A stretch of 64,000 nt of DNA from Escherichia coli (GTDB lineage Bacteria; Pseudomonadota; Gammaproteobacteria; Enterobacterales; Enterobacteriaceae). Below, one piece after another: positions 1-12,125 of this stretch. The DNA lies in assembly GCF_045037415.1 (NCBI RefSeq), contig NZ_CP173438.1; one strand, given 5' to 3'. A program made the translations under genes and the position numbers. A model generated the notes under the pieces. That model searched no databases and had not been told where the DNA came from. It worked only from the letters and a program-made list of their open reading frames with translations. Each line of letters starts with the position of its first letter. Positions within the stretch are counted from its first letter, which is position 1.

Positions 1-59
1 GTGTTGATAAATAACTTAACCGACCTGCTGGTCCGGCTGACCGATCCGAGGTTACGCTG
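1..59 (+). CDS. 3' end of an upstream ABC transporter permease gene (partial, cut by window start)
   Basis: Frame 1 is open from the window edge to TGA at 57-59 (..LINNLTDLLVRLTDPRLR*), directly followed by the next permease ORF. Confidence 0.35.
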
Positions 60-893
60 ATGCCGATGTTTCTCTTTTTACGCCGTTTACGCCATTCACC
101 CGCCGCGTTTTGCGGGTTGATAATTATCCTGTTATTGATGCTAATTGCGCTCTTCGCGCCGTGGCTGGCACCTCACGATCCTAACTGGCAGGATGCGGCG
201 GCGCGATTACAAGCACCGAGTCGTCAGCACTGGCTCGGCACTGACAGTTACGGGCGAGACCTACTTTCACGTTTAATCTACGGCAGCCGCCCGGCACTGG
301 GGCTGGTGGCATTGGTGACAATCATTACACTCCCGGTCGGTCTGCTGATTGGCATTTTAGCCGGGTACTACGGCGGCTGGCTGGAACGCGTGCTGATGCG
401 TTTTACTGACATAGTAATGTCAATGCCGCGTTTAATTCTGGCTTTTGCTTTTGTTGCCATGCTGGGGCCGGGGCTGGTTAACGGCGCACTGGCCCTTGCA
501 TTAACCACCTGGCCTGCTTATGCGCGTCAGGCACGGAGTGAGATCCAACGTCTGCGACACAGTGATTATCTTGCCGCCGCAGAAATGATGGGCATCCGCG
601 GCAGGCGTCTGCTGGCTGGTCATATTTTGCCATTGTGCCTGCCATCTGCCATTGTCCGTCTGGCGCTGGATTTAGCGGGTATCATTCTGGCGGCTGCTGG
701 TCTGGGTTTTCTTGGGCTTGGTGCTCGCCCGCCAATGGCGGAATGGGGAGCCATGATCGCCGACGGTATGCAGGTCATTTTTGATCAATGGTGGATTGCC
801 GCCGCTCCCGGCGCAATTATCTTAATTGCCAGTCTGGCCTTTAATCTGCTGGGTGATGGCTTGCGCGATGTTCTGGAGCCTCAACATGACTGA
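60..893 (+). CDS. ABC transporter permease, peptide/nickel (DppC/NikC-like) family
   Basis: 277-aa hydrophobic ORF with the N-terminal and membrane-segment pattern of DppC/NikC-type permeases; ATGA-overlapped by the next gene. Confidence 0.75.
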   Translation: MPMFLFLRRLRHSPAAFCGLIIILLLMLIALFAPWLAPHDPNWQDAAARLQAPSRQHWLGTDSYGRDLLSRLIYGSRPALGLVALVTIITLPVGLLIGILAGYYGGWLERVLMRFTDIVMSMPRLILAFAFVAMLGPGLVNGALALALTTWPAYARQARSEIQRLRHSDYLAAAEMMGIRGRRLLAGHILPLCLPSAIVRLALDLAGIILAAAGLGFLGLGARPPMAEWGAMIADGMQVIFDQWWIAAAPGAIILIASLAFNLLGDGLRDVLEPQHD

Positions 894-1722
894 CTCACGT
901 CTTAGTATCAACAATCTCTGCGTCGATTATCCGGAGTCCCGGGTCGTCAACAATGTCAGTTTTACATTAGGCAATGAACGTCTGGCGCTGGTCGGTGAGT
1001 CGGGTTCAGGTAAGTCCATGACCGCCCGCGCCCTGATGGGGCTGGTGCGTAAACCGGGTGTAGTAACCGCGGACACACTTAACATTCTGGGGCGTGATGC
1101 ACTCACCCTTAACGCGCGTGGATGGCAACAGTTGCGCGGTAACGATATCGCGATGGTATTGCAAGATCCGCGTTACGCGCTTAATCCAGTAAAGACAGTA
1201 AAAGCGCAACTGGAAGAGGCGCTTACGCTCCATCAACGTCTGAACCGCCGCGAGAAAGAAGAGAAAATAAACACCGCAATTCAGGCTGTCGGCCTCAATA
1301 CGCGAGTACTGCAAAGCTATCCTCGTGAACTTTCTGGCGGCATGGGGCAGCGAGTGATGATTGCAATTGCGCTCATCAACGATCCCCGGGTATTGATTGC
1401 CGATGAGCCAACATCAGCACTAGATGTGCGCCTGCGTAATCAGATTCTGGAACTGCTGGTTACCCAGTGTGAACAACGTCAGATGGCAATGTTGCTGATC
1501 AGTCACGACCTGCCATTAGTTGCCCAATTTTGCCATCGGGTGCTGGTGATGTATCAGGGAAATAAGGTGGATGAAATGCACGCTGCTGCGCTACCTACAG
1601 CAACGCATCCTTACACGCGCACACTGTGGACTTGCCGCCCAAATGCACAAACTTACGGGCAGATGCTGCCGACGCTGGACAGGACGGCAATGACGCCGGA
1701 GAAATACCATGACGATTGTTGA
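886..1722 (+). CDS. ABC transporter ATP-binding protein (DppD/NikD-like)
   Basis: Walker A GESGSGKS, ABC signature LSGG and Walker B LIADEPTSALD in the translation; start chosen at MTDSRL (ATG 886) overlapping the upstream stop. Confidence 0.8.
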   Translation: MTDSRLSINNLCVDYPESRVVNNVSFTLGNERLALVGESGSGKSMTARALMGLVRKPGVVTADTLNILGRDALTLNARGWQQLRGNDIAMVLQDPRYALNPVKTVKAQLEEALTLHQRLNRREKEEKINTAIQAVGLNTRVLQSYPRELSGGMGQRVMIAIALINDPRVLIADEPTSALDVRLRNQILELLVTQCEQRQMAMLLISHDLPLVAQFCHRVLVMYQGNKVDEMHAAALPTATHPYTRTLWTCRPNAQTYGQMLPTLDRTAMTPEKYHDDC

Positions 1723-2413
1723 AATTAATCACTTACAGGTGACTTTTGCTGAGAAAACCGCAGTTTCTGCCGCCAGTTTTTCGGTTAATGCCGGAGAGAC
1801 ATTTAGTTTAATTGGCGAATCAGGCTGCGGAAAATCCACGATTTTGCGCGTAATTGCTGGATTACAGCGCGACTGGCACGGTCAGGTGTCACTGTTTGGG
1901 CACACCATCAAACCAGGAATGCGTTTTCAGGGCGATCTCCGCCGCAATGTGCAAATGGTGTTTCAGGATCCCTATGCCTCGTTGCATCCCAATCATACTC
2001 TGTGGCGAACGCTGGCTGAACCACTCAAAATTCGTGGCGAAAGAGAAATAGAAAAACGCGTCCAGACTGCACTGGAACAGGTTGGCTTGCCTTTCGACGC
2101 CGCTCGTCGCTACCCACACCAGCTTTCCGGTGGTCAACGGCAACGTGTGGTTATTGCTCGCGCCCTGTTGTTACGACCACAACTTCTTCTGCTGGATGAA
2201 CCCACCTCGGCGTTGGATATGTCGGTACAAGCGGAAATCCTTAATTTGTTGAATCAACTTAAGCTGGAACACCAAATGACATATCTGCTGGTCAGTCACG
2301 ATGCCGATGTCATCGCGCATATGTCTGATCGAGCGGCATTGATGTCCGAGGGAAAAATTCAGCGATTTTTTGATCGCGACGCCATGGAAAAGGGGGAACA
2401 TCGGATGGATTAA
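1709..2413 (+). CDS. ABC transporter ATP-binding protein (DppF/NikE-like)
   Basis: Walker A GESGCGKST, signature LSGGQRQR, Walker B LLLDEPTSALD; start overlaps previous gene. Confidence 0.8.
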   Translation: MTIVEINHLQVTFAEKTAVSAASFSVNAGETFSLIGESGCGKSTILRVIAGLQRDWHGQVSLFGHTIKPGMRFQGDLRRNVQMVFQDPYASLHPNHTLWRTLAEPLKIRGEREIEKRVQTALEQVGLPFDAARRYPHQLSGGQRQRVVIARALLLRPQLLLLDEPTSALDMSVQAEILNLLNQLKLEHQMTYLLVSHDADVIAHMSDRAALMSEGKIQRFFDRDAMEKGEHRMD

Positions 2414-2523
2414 AAAACCTGACATTGCATTAATTCATTCTGCTTTCAGGTCTTTTTACAGTTGTTTTTTTGTCCACCCGAACACTTTATACTGTCTCTC
2501 CCCTACCAAACTTCATTATCAAA

Positions 2524-3213
2524 ATGAAAAAAATTATCACTTTGATGTTGTTTTTGACATTCTTTGCCCACGCGAACGACTCCGAGCCTGGCAGCCAGTA
2601 TTTAAAGGCAGCAGAGGCCGGAAACCGACGCGCACAATATTTTCTTGCCGACAGCTGGTTTAGCTCCGGCGATTTGAGCAAAGCCGAATATTGGGCACAG
2701 AAAGCCGCCGACAGCGGTGATGCCGATGCCTGCGCGCTGTTGGCGCAGATCAAAATCACCAATCCGGTCAGTCTGGACTATCCACAAGCAAAAGTGCTTG
2801 CCGAGAAAGCAGCGCAAGCGGGCAGTAAAGAAGGTGAAGTAACGCTGGCGCATATTCTGGTAAATACGCAAGCGGGTAAACCGGATTATCCAAAGGCGAT
2901 TTCGCTGTTAGAAAACGCCTCGGAAGATCTGGAGAACGACTCTGCCGTCGATGCCCAAATGCTGCTTGGTTTGATTTACGCCAACGGCGTGGGCATTAAG
3001 GCCGACGATGACAAAGCAACCTGGTATTTCAAACGTAGCTCTGCGATTTCCCGAACCGGTTATTCCGAATACTGGGCGGGAATGATGTTCTTAAACGGTG
3101 AAGAGGGTTTTATCGAGAAGAATAAACAAAAGGCGCTGCACTGGTTGAATCTGAGCTGTATGGAAGGATTTGATACCGGTTGTGAAGAGTTTGAAAAATT
3201 AACTAACGGTTAA
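2524..3213 (+). CDS. yjcO: Sel1-repeat (TPR-like) periplasmic protein YjcO
   Basis: Signal-peptide start MKKIITLMLFLTFFAHA, then repeated Sel1-type motifs; 229 aa from this ATG, matching recalled YjcO length; convergent with gltP. Confidence 0.8.
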   Translation: MKKIITLMLFLTFFAHANDSEPGSQYLKAAEAGNRRAQYFLADSWFSSGDLSKAEYWAQKAADSGDADACALLAQIKITNPVSLDYPQAKVLAEKAAQAGSKEGEVTLAHILVNTQAGKPDYPKAISLLENASEDLENDSAVDAQMLLGLIYANGVGIKADDDKATWYFKRSSAISRTGYSEYWAGMMFLNGEEGFIEKNKQKALHWLNLSCMEGFDTGCEEFEKLTNG

Positions 3214-3655
3214 GGTAGGCGCAGCAAACGTCGCATCAGGCATTGATGTCGGATGCGGCGTAAACGCCTTATCCGACCTACAAAAATCACGCCAAATCAG
3301 GCTATTGCGCTGTCTGACGTAGGCCTGATAAGACACGTCAGCATCGCATCAGACATTGATGCCGGATGCGGCGTAAACGCCTTATCCGACCTACAAAAAT
3401 CACGCCAAATCAGGCTATTGCGCTGTCTGGCGTAGGCCTGATAAGACGCGGCAAGCGTCGCATCAGGCGTTGATGTCGGATGCGGCGTAAACGCCTTATC
3501 CGACCTACAAAAATCACGCCAAATCAGGCTATTGCGCTGTCTGGCGTAGGCCTGATAAGACGCGTTAAGCGTCGCATCAGGCGTTGATGTCGGATGCGGC
3601 GTAAACGCCTTATCCGACCTACAAAAATCACGCTACATCAGGCTATTACTCAGTC
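3214..3655. repeat. Tandem array of four ~114-bp REP/BIME-type palindromic units
   Basis: Unit beginning gtaggcctgataagacgcg..cgcatcaggc..gatgtcggatgcggcgtaaacgccttatccgacctac recurs at 3319, 3432 and 3546 with few substitutions, after a partial first copy. Confidence 0.85.
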
Positions 3656-3701
3656 AGGCATCCACACATTGCCGGGTGGATATCCCCCCGGCAATCTTCA
3701 A

Positions 3702-5015
3702 TTACTGATCTGCTGTTTTATCAAATTTGCCCAACATTTCACGCTCGTAGGCCAGCGCTTTTTTACGGTCAAATTTGTGTTCCCACTTGGCAATCACCAG
3801 CACCGCCAGCGCATTACCCACCACGTTCAGCGCAGTACGCGCCATATCGAGGATACGGTCAACACCGGCAATAAACGCCAGACCTTCCAGCGGAATACCT
3901 ACGCTACCCAGCGTTGCCAGCAGCACCACAAACGACACGCCCGGCACGCCAGCAATCCCTTTCGAGGTCACCATCAGCGTCAGCACCAGAATGATTTCCT
4001 GCCAGATGGACAGGTCAATGCCATACAGCTGAGCGATGAAAATAGCGGCAATACTTTGATACAGCGTCGAACCATCAAGGTTAAAAGAGTAACCGGTCGG
4101 CACCACGAAACTGGTGATCGACGCCGGTGCACCGTAGGCTTCCATCTTCTCAATAATTCGCGGCAGCACGCTTTCAGAACTGGCAGTAGAGTACGCCAGA
4201 ATCAGCTCATCTTTCAGAATACGAATCAGGATCCAGACACTTAACCCGCACAGGCGCGCCACAATTCCCAGTACGACCAGCGCGAAGAACAGAATGGCGA
4301 AATGCACCAGCAGCACCAGTTTCGCCAGTGGCCACAGAGAAGAGAAACCAAAGTTAGCCACCGTCACCGCAATCAGCGCAAACACACCCACCGGCGCATA
4401 ACGCATCACCATGTGAGTCACTTTAAACATGGTTTCAGAGATGGAGCGGAAAACGGTCACCAGCGGTTCACGATGCGTCGCGGGCAGGGATGAAAGCCCC
4501 AGACCAAACAGCACCGAGAAGAAGATGATCGGCAGCATTTCGCCTTTCGCCATCGACGCCACGATGTTCGTCGGCACCAGCGACAAAATCGTGCCCATAA
4601 TGCCGTGGGAACTGCTTTGTACCGCTTCCGTAGTGCTCTGATATTTCGAGATATCGACGGTCGCCAGCTGCGACATATCCACCCCGGCACCGGGCTGGAA
4701 GACGTTCGCCAGAGTGATCCCCAAAATGATGGCGACGGTGGTGATCACCTCGAAGTAGATAATGGTTTTCGCACCAATACGCCCGAGCTGTTTGGCATCA
4801 CCAACACCCGCGATACCCACCACCAGCGTGGAGATCACAATCGGCACAACAATCATTTTGATCAGATGGATGAAGATATCACCCGCCGGAGAGAGCAAAT
4901 TGACGACCAGCCAGTCGCGGCTGTCGCTATGGTAGTGCAGGTAGCTTCCCAGGAGAATGCCCAGCACCATAGCAAACAGAATCTGCCAGGCCAGGCTGAA
5001 TTTTATATTTTTCAT
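3702..5015 (-). CDS. gltP: Glutamate/aspartate:proton symporter GltP
   Basis: 437-aa ORF starting MKNIKFSLAWQILFAMVLGILLG, a dicarboxylate/amino-acid:cation symporter recognised as GltP. Confidence 0.93.
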   Translation of the reverse strand: MKNIKFSLAWQILFAMVLGILLGSYLHYHSDSRDWLVVNLLSPAGDIFIHLIKMIVVPIVISTLVVGIAGVGDAKQLGRIGAKTIIYFEVITTVAIILGITLANVFQPGAGVDMSQLATVDISKYQSTTEAVQSSSHGIMGTILSLVPTNIVASMAKGEMLPIIFFSVLFGLGLSSLPATHREPLVTVFRSISETMFKVTHMVMRYAPVGVFALIAVTVANFGFSSLWPLAKLVLLVHFAILFFALVVLGIVARLCGLSVWILIRILKDELILAYSTASSESVLPRIIEKMEAYGAPASITSFVVPTGYSFNLDGSTLYQSIAAIFIAQLYGIDLSIWQEIILVLTLMVTSKGIAGVPGVSFVVLLATLGSVGIPLEGLAFIAGVDRILDMARTALNVVGNALAVLVIAKWEHKFDRKKALAYEREMLGKFDKTADQ

Positions 5016-5357
5016 CAGAATAACTTCCTCAATGGAGCGCCGTTCCCCGTTCAGAAACGCGAGAACGTGACATACTGCCAGGGCATGAATTGTGTTGCGT
5101 TGGTTTGTAGATTTTTTTAACGCTTATGATCAGTATCATTTGCGCGGTATGTTGCGCAACCCTTTAACAACAGAGCTTTTCGCTGCATTAATGCATAATA
5201 ACGCGAGTTTATGGCAGGATTAATGAATAACCATTTGTTATAGAAGGATTTTTATTTGTTTAATCTGCAATAATACTGATTAGTGATTATTTTTGATTAT
5301 ATGTTCATTCGATTATTTTTTATGCAGCTCAATAACATAATCTTCATCACCAGATGA

Positions 5358-5954
5358 TTAATCTGATCTCCGCTGCAACAATTTCGCCATATTAATCGAC
5401 TCGACCAGCTGTGTCCGGTTGATCCGGGGTGAGTTGAGATCCATCACTTTTTGCCATAGTTCGATGGCTTGCGCGTAATTCGCCTGCATAAACGCATCGG
5501 AAGCCAGCAGCATCAGAGCGGTGATTTCGTTAGAGTCCAGCGCGAGGGCTTTGTCGATCATTGCGCGAGCCTGGACGGTCATATGTTGGCTGGCCTGGTA
5601 ATACAGCACCGTCGCCAGCGCCGCATACAGTTCAGCGTTCTCACCACGTAGTTGCAACGCCTGACGGTACGCCAGCAGCGAATTGCTGTAATCGTTTTGC
5701 CACAGATAATACTCGCCCAGTAACGCCCACTGTTCGCTGTTTTGTGGATTAGCACGGATTTTATCCTGCAATGCCTGAAGCTGCGCTTCCGGGGTTTGCT
5801 GGCTGGCAAACTGATGCAGCGGATCGCGCTGACGCTGATACTCCGCACGTACCGCCTGCCATTTTGGACTTAACAGATAACTGCCGACACAGAGAAATAC
5901 CATCAAAATCGTGAGTGTTGTCAGCATTTTCACCGGTATTTGGGGCTGTTTCAT
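5358..5954 (-). CDS. nrfG: Formate-dependent nitrite reductase complex subunit NrfG (TPR protein)
   Basis: Start set at [11 protein letters not shown] (198 aa); TPR-like content; last gene of the nrf operon; 4-bp overlap with nrfF. Confidence 0.85.
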   Translation of the reverse strand: MKQPQIPVKMLTTLTILMVFLCVGSYLLSPKWQAVRAEYQRQRDPLHQFASQQTPEAQLQALQDKIRANPQNSEQWALLGEYYLWQNDYSNSLLAYRQALQLRGENAELYAALATVLYYQASQHMTVQARAMIDKALALDSNEITALMLLASDAFMQANYAQAIELWQKVMDLNSPRINRTQLVESINMAKLLQRRSD

Positions 5955-6334
5955 CGCTTCGCCCTCACTCGCCAGAGGATCAGTGCCATCAGCAGTAACA
6001 ACACTACTGGCAGCGCCCACAACACCAGAGTCTGACCCGTTAACGGTGGGTTATAGCGAACAAAATCTCCGTAGCGTTCGGTCATCCAGCCAATGATTTC
6101 GACTTCACTTTTCCCCTCTTCCACCATGGTGTAAACCTGATGGCGCATACTGACTGCCACCGGCGCATTGGATTCCAGTAAGTTCTGATTCTGGCACTGC
6201 GGACAACGTAACTGGCTGGCAATATTTAACGCCTGTTCCTGTTGTTGCGGATTAGCGAATTGCCAGGTGTCTACAACCTGAGCGCGCGCAAAACAGGTAA
6301 ATAACAGCAGTAGCGTGAGAAGCCCTTTATTCAT
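5951..6334 (-). CDS. nrfF: Cytochrome c-type biogenesis protein NrfF (CcmH-like)
   Basis: 127-aa ORF with signal peptide and LRCPQCQNQ motif typical of CcmH/NrfF. Confidence 0.85.
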   Translation of the reverse strand: MNKGLLTLLLLFTCFARAQVVDTWQFANPQQQEQALNIASQLRCPQCQNQNLLESNAPVAVSMRHQVYTMVEEGKSEVEIIGWMTERYGDFVRYNPPLTGQTLVLWALPVVLLLLMALILWRVRAKR

Positions 6335-8009
6335 CGCGCTTCCTTCCCCGCCATCCGCTTAACAATGCGCCCGCAATCATCAACAATCCTCCCCCCCAGA
6401 TCCAGCGCACACCGCTTTGTACATACAAACGAAATGCGTAACGATCCGCTCCGGTTTTCTCTCCCATGACCGCATACCAGTCATGGATGCCGTTCCAGCG
6501 AATCGAGGGTTCCATCATTTGCTGACGGCGTGCTTCGTAAAAACGCCGCTCCGGCGTTAATTCACCAATGCGTTGCTGATGGTCAAACAGTGCCACTATC
6601 GCTTTTTCGCTGGTGTAATTGCCTTTGGCTTGCAGATCGAGGCGCTCAAAACGGAAGGTGTATCCTGCCAGCGTCACCTGCTGACCCGGCTGTAAATTCA
6701 GGCTGATCTCCTGACGGCTGACGCTGGAAACCACGATCCCCGCGGCAAATAACAGCACGCCCGCATGCGCCAGCAGCGTCGGAAGCCGCGCGCGTTTGCC
6801 AGAGACAAACGTCGCCAGCACAATCACCACCAGCATCAACAGAGCAAACGGTAACGTCGCGCGGTTAAAATACGGCGCGCCAACGGAGAGGCGTCCCCAG
6901 CCCAGCAGGCCGTAAATCATCGGATAAAGCGTTCCCACCAGCACGATCAGTAGCACTGCGCAAAACAGCAACAGCGTAGCGAGGATTAACATTTCCCGCG
7001 ATAACCCCGAAAAACGCACCGCCGGGCCACCGTCCCGCGCTCGCCAGCCATACAGAGCCAGAGACGCAAGGCTAATCAGTACAAACAGGCCGAACAACGG
7101 CACGGCGCGGACGTTATCCAGCGCGAACGCATGAACCGAAACCAGAATGCCAGAACGGACAATCAACGTGCCCAGCAGCGACAGCATCAGAGTAACTATC
7201 GTCAGCAACAGCGACCAGTGGCGGAAAATCCCCCGCTGGCGTGTCAGGGATAAACTGTGCAGCAGCGCTGTGGCAGAAAGCCAGGGTAGTAAAGAGGCGT
7301 TTTCCACCGGATCCCAGAACCACCAGCCGCCCCAGCCCAGTTCGCAATAGGCCCACCAGGAACCGAGGATGATCCCCGCTGTTAATGCGCTCCAGCCAGG
7401 TAGTGCCCAACGCCAGCAAATTCGGGCGCAGGTACCATCAAACTCGCCGCGCAGTAAACTCGCCAGCGCCACGCTCGCCGCCACCATCAAACCGCCGTAG
7501 CCGAGATAAAGCAGCGGTGGATGAAAGATAAGACCGGGATGTTGCAGCATCGGATTGAGATCGCGGCCTTCGATTGCTGGTGGAAATATCCGCACGAAGG
7601 GATCGGACCACAGCACCACAAACAGTAGCAGTGCGGCGAGCATGAGAGATAAAACGGCTAGCGTCAGCGGAAATAGCGGATCGGTTTGCTGCCGGTAATG
7701 CCAGGCAAACAGCGCGCTCCAGGCGGAAAGCAGCAGCACCCAAAGCAACAGCGAACCTTCATGACCGCCCCACACCGCCGCCAGTTTGAGTTCCCACGAC
7801 AGCAGGCTATAGCTATGTTGGGCGACATAAATAACCGAGAAATCGCTGATGAGAAAACAATACGTCAGTACGCCAAAGGCGAGCAGCAGGAGCGCGAACT
7901 GCGCCAGAATGCCGATGCAAGTGAGTCGCATCATGGCAGGCCAGCGCAACCGCACTCCCGCGAAGGCCGTCAACGGGATCAACACGTTGACCCCGAGACT
8001 TAACAACAA
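6327..8009 (-). CDS. nrfE: Haem lyase NrfE (CcmF-like)
   Basis: Large polytopic membrane ORF with CcmF-like WGGWWFWDPVENASLLPWL motif; exact start uncertain. Confidence 0.85.
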   Translation of the reverse strand: MLLSLGVNVLIPLTAFAGVRLRWPAMMRLTCIGILAQFALLLLAFGVLTYCFLISDFSVIYVAQHSYSLLSWELKLAAVWGGHEGSLLLWVLLLSAWSALFAWHYRQQTDPLFPLTLAVLSLMLAALLLFVVLWSDPFVRIFPPAIEGRDLNPMLQHPGLIFHPPLLYLGYGGLMVAASVALASLLRGEFDGTCARICWRWALPGWSALTAGIILGSWWAYCELGWGGWWFWDPVENASLLPWLSATALLHSLSLTRQRGIFRHWSLLLTIVTLMLSLLGTLIVRSGILVSVHAFALDNVRAVPLFGLFVLISLASLALYGWRARDGGPAVRFSGLSREMLILATLLLFCAVLLIVLVGTLYPMIYGLLGWGRLSVGAPYFNRATLPFALLMLVVIVLATFVSGKRARLPTLLAHAGVLLFAAGIVVSSVSRQEISLNLQPGQQVTLAGYTFRFERLDLQAKGNYTSEKAIVALFDHQQRIGELTPERRFYEARRQQMMEPSIRWNGIHDWYAVMGEKTGADRYAFRLYVQSGVRWIWGGGLLMIAGALLSGWRGRKRDE

Positions 8010-8064
8010 CGCCAGAAAACCGACTTCAGGAAGGAATACGTCCAGAAACCACCTCTGTTCTGGC

Positions 8065-9021
8065 TTACGCCACCGTTAACTGCCCGGCGTAGAGAATGAA
8101 AAAGCGCAGCATCAACACGCCGACCAGGCTGGCCCCACATGCCGCCAGCACGGCAGGAATGCCGGAACTGCGATTGACCCACGGTTTGAGCAACATTGGC
8201 ACAATCAGCCCCAGCCCGGCGACACCAAGCCAGAACCACCACGTCCAGAAACCGCCGCCCAATGCCGCCACCAGCGCACGCACTTTACCGTCATCGCCCA
8301 GCGCCAGACCGACAAAAAACGCCACCAGCAGGAAGATTTCACCCCATACCACGGGGATTTCCATACGGTGTACAAAGTGCGCTTCCGTGGAATGCGGGTT
8401 ACTGCGTTGGCGTATCGCCATGGCGATCAGCGCCACCGCCGCACCGGACGAGATGCCGGAGAAGAGGAACAGCACCGGCAGGATCGGGTTATTGAGGAAC
8501 GGATACGATTTCAGCGCCGACAGCAGAAAGCCGGTATAAGCCCCCAACAACACCGCCAGCACCAGCATCAATGTTTCCAGTCCGCGATGAACGGGCGTCA
8601 GCAGGCTCAAGACCTTTTGCACGATCCCCAGCTTCGGCAACCAGCGTTGTTGCAGGGCAAGCAAATCATGTTCAAAGATTTTCGCCAGCCACAGCACCAG
8701 CACCACCATGTAAAGCTGAAACAGCATCACCCCCATCGACATCACCGAGGTAAAACTGTAGTGGAACATCAGCTTCCAGAAGGTCCACGGTCTTGTCAGG
8801 TGGAAGACGAGGATCAACAGACCGAGGATCACCGCGCCAGGCCCGACAATCAGCGTGGTGCGCAGCAACGTACTGTCTGCACCGCCTGCCTGCGGGTAGA
8901 AGCGACGTAACAGCACGGCCAGTGTCACCAGACCGGCAGAAATACCAATCAAAAACAGGTAGATGGCAATCGGCCAGTCCCACACCAGCGATTCAAAATG
9001 AAATGCGGAAGTCTGCGTCAT
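8065..9021 (-). CDS. nrfD: Nitrite reductase membrane subunit NrfD
   Basis: 318-aa polytopic membrane ORF in the nrf operon position; length matches recalled NrfD. Confidence 0.85.
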   Translation of the reverse strand: MTQTSAFHFESLVWDWPIAIYLFLIGISAGLVTLAVLLRRFYPQAGGADSTLLRTTLIVGPGAVILGLLILVFHLTRPWTFWKLMFHYSFTSVMSMGVMLFQLYMVVLVLWLAKIFEHDLLALQQRWLPKLGIVQKVLSLLTPVHRGLETLMLVLAVLLGAYTGFLLSALKSYPFLNNPILPVLFLFSGISSGAAVALIAMAIRQRSNPHSTEAHFVHRMEIPVVWGEIFLLVAFFVGLALGDDGKVRALVAALGGGFWTWWFWLGVAGLGLIVPMLLKPWVNRSSGIPAVLAACGASLVGVLMLRFFILYAGQLTVA

Positions 9022-9650
9022 TGGCTCACCTCCCCGTATTTAAACGGTACGCGGTACAGCTTCGGTTTGGTGCCCAGCGCCAGCTTGTAGCGGTAAGTGG
9101 GCTTCTGGCGCAGCAGTTGCGAAATCTCACTGTTGGGATCGTCCAGATTGCCAAACGTCAGCGCCTTCGTCGGGCAAGCTTCAACGCACGCGGGCAGCTT
9201 ACCGGCCTGCAAATGGGTCTTACGGCAGAAATCGCATTTGTCCGCCGTCTTCGTGACCGGATGGATAAAGCGCACGCGGTACGGACAGGCGGCGATGCAG
9301 TACTGACAACCGACGCAGAGATCCGGATTAACATCGACAATCCCACTGGCAGCGTCGCGAAAAGACGCACCGGTCGGGCAGACGTCAACGCACGGCGCAT
9401 GATCGCAGTGCTGGCAAGACTTACGGAAGAAGCGATATTTCACATCAGGAAATTCGCCCTGCGGCTCGCTACGAATAATCGTCAGGCGCGAGACGCCTTC
9501 CGGCACCTTGTTCACTTTCCGACAAGCATCCATACAGGCGGTACAGCCGATGCATAACGACTCGTCATGCACCATGCCGTAACGCACCCCATTGATATTC
9601 AACGTTTTCGCCACCACGCGCCCTGCGGTGCCGCTGACGGCGGCCAGCAC
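9018..9650 (-). CDS. nrfC: Nitrite reductase Fe-S subunit NrfC, 5' end frameshifted (possible pseudogene)
   Basis: Four-cysteine ferredoxin motifs (CIGCTACMDAC, CQHCDHAPC, CVGCQYCIAAC). The expected ATG (9690-9688, overlapping the nrfB stop) is +1 out of frame with the body; the in-frame ORF begins at a GTG after the twin-arginine motif. Confidence 0.6.
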   Translation of the reverse strand: MLAAVSGTAGRVVAKTLNINGVRYGMVHDESLCIGCTACMDACRKVNKVPEGVSRLTIIRSEPQGEFPDVKYRFFRKSCQHCDHAPCVDVCPTGASFRDAASGIVDVNPDLCVGCQYCIAACPYRVRFIHPVTKTADKCDFCRKTHLQAGKLPACVEACPTKALTFGNLDDPNSEISQLLRQKPTYRYKLALGTKPKLYRVPFKYGEVSQ

Positions 9651-9686
9651 ACCGACGCCGGTGAGAAACTGGCGACGAGAACCAGG

Positions 9687-10259
9687 TCATGGCTGCTCCT
9701 TAAGCAACGGAACAGACGCCGGGTTAAAGTTCGGATTGGTGCGCTGATCGCTGTGGCAATCGACGCAAATCTTAATCCGTCCTTTGTCACTTAACGTCTG
9801 CATCGTATCTTGCTGTGGATGCAGGGAATGGCAGCTGGCGCACGCCACTTTGGTTACGTGGACATCGTGCGGCCAGAATGCTTTTTGCAACTGTTCCGGC
9901 AGATGGCAGGACATACAGACGCTGTTCTGCTCTCCAACCTTGTACATCGGCTCGTTAAAGCGCATCACATCTTTCACCCCTTCGCGGTGTTGCGGTGATG
10001 GCTGGCCGTGACAGTTGGTGCAGGTGACCGGCAGTTTGTTATTCGGGTTGATAACGGAAGCATGTTTGCCATGCATACCTTCGGTATCTGGCTTATGACA
10101 GTCCAGACAGGCGGCATCCGGGTTACGCTGCTGGGTAACTTCGTAGCGATCACCAGATGCCTGCGCCGCAGGGGTAGCGGTAATTCCGTTCAGGCTCCAC
10201 AACAGGCCCGACGCCAGCACCCCGGCAGTTAATAACGAACGTAATACGCTCATATTCAC
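9687..10259 (-). CDS. nrfB: Pentahaem cytochrome c NrfB
   Basis: Signal peptide plus five CxxCH haem motifs (CLDCH, CTNCH, CMSCH, CASCH, CVDCH). Confidence 0.88.
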   Translation of the reverse strand: MNMSVLRSLLTAGVLASGLLWSLNGITATPAAQASGDRYEVTQQRNPDAACLDCHKPDTEGMHGKHASVINPNNKLPVTCTNCHGQPSPQHREGVKDVMRFNEPMYKVGEQNSVCMSCHLPEQLQKAFWPHDVHVTKVACASCHSLHPQQDTMQTLSDKGRIKICVDCHSDQRTNPNFNPASVPLLKEQP

Positions 10260-10297
10260 TCCATTGTGTTTTCCGCCCCTTGCGAGGCGGAACGGGG

Positions 10298-12125
<1,828 letters not shown>

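Noticed and set aside
3214-3655. Possible CRISPR array, because of regular tandem repeats
   Set aside because: Period is ~114 bp with near-identical full units and no variable spacers; sequence is REP/BIME-type, and no cas genes are nearby.
3253-4244. ORFs 3253-3435 and 3594-4244 beginning MRRKRLIRPTKIT
   Set aside because: They start inside REP repeat units (same peptide from repeated DNA) and the longer one runs antisense into gltP; repeat artefacts.
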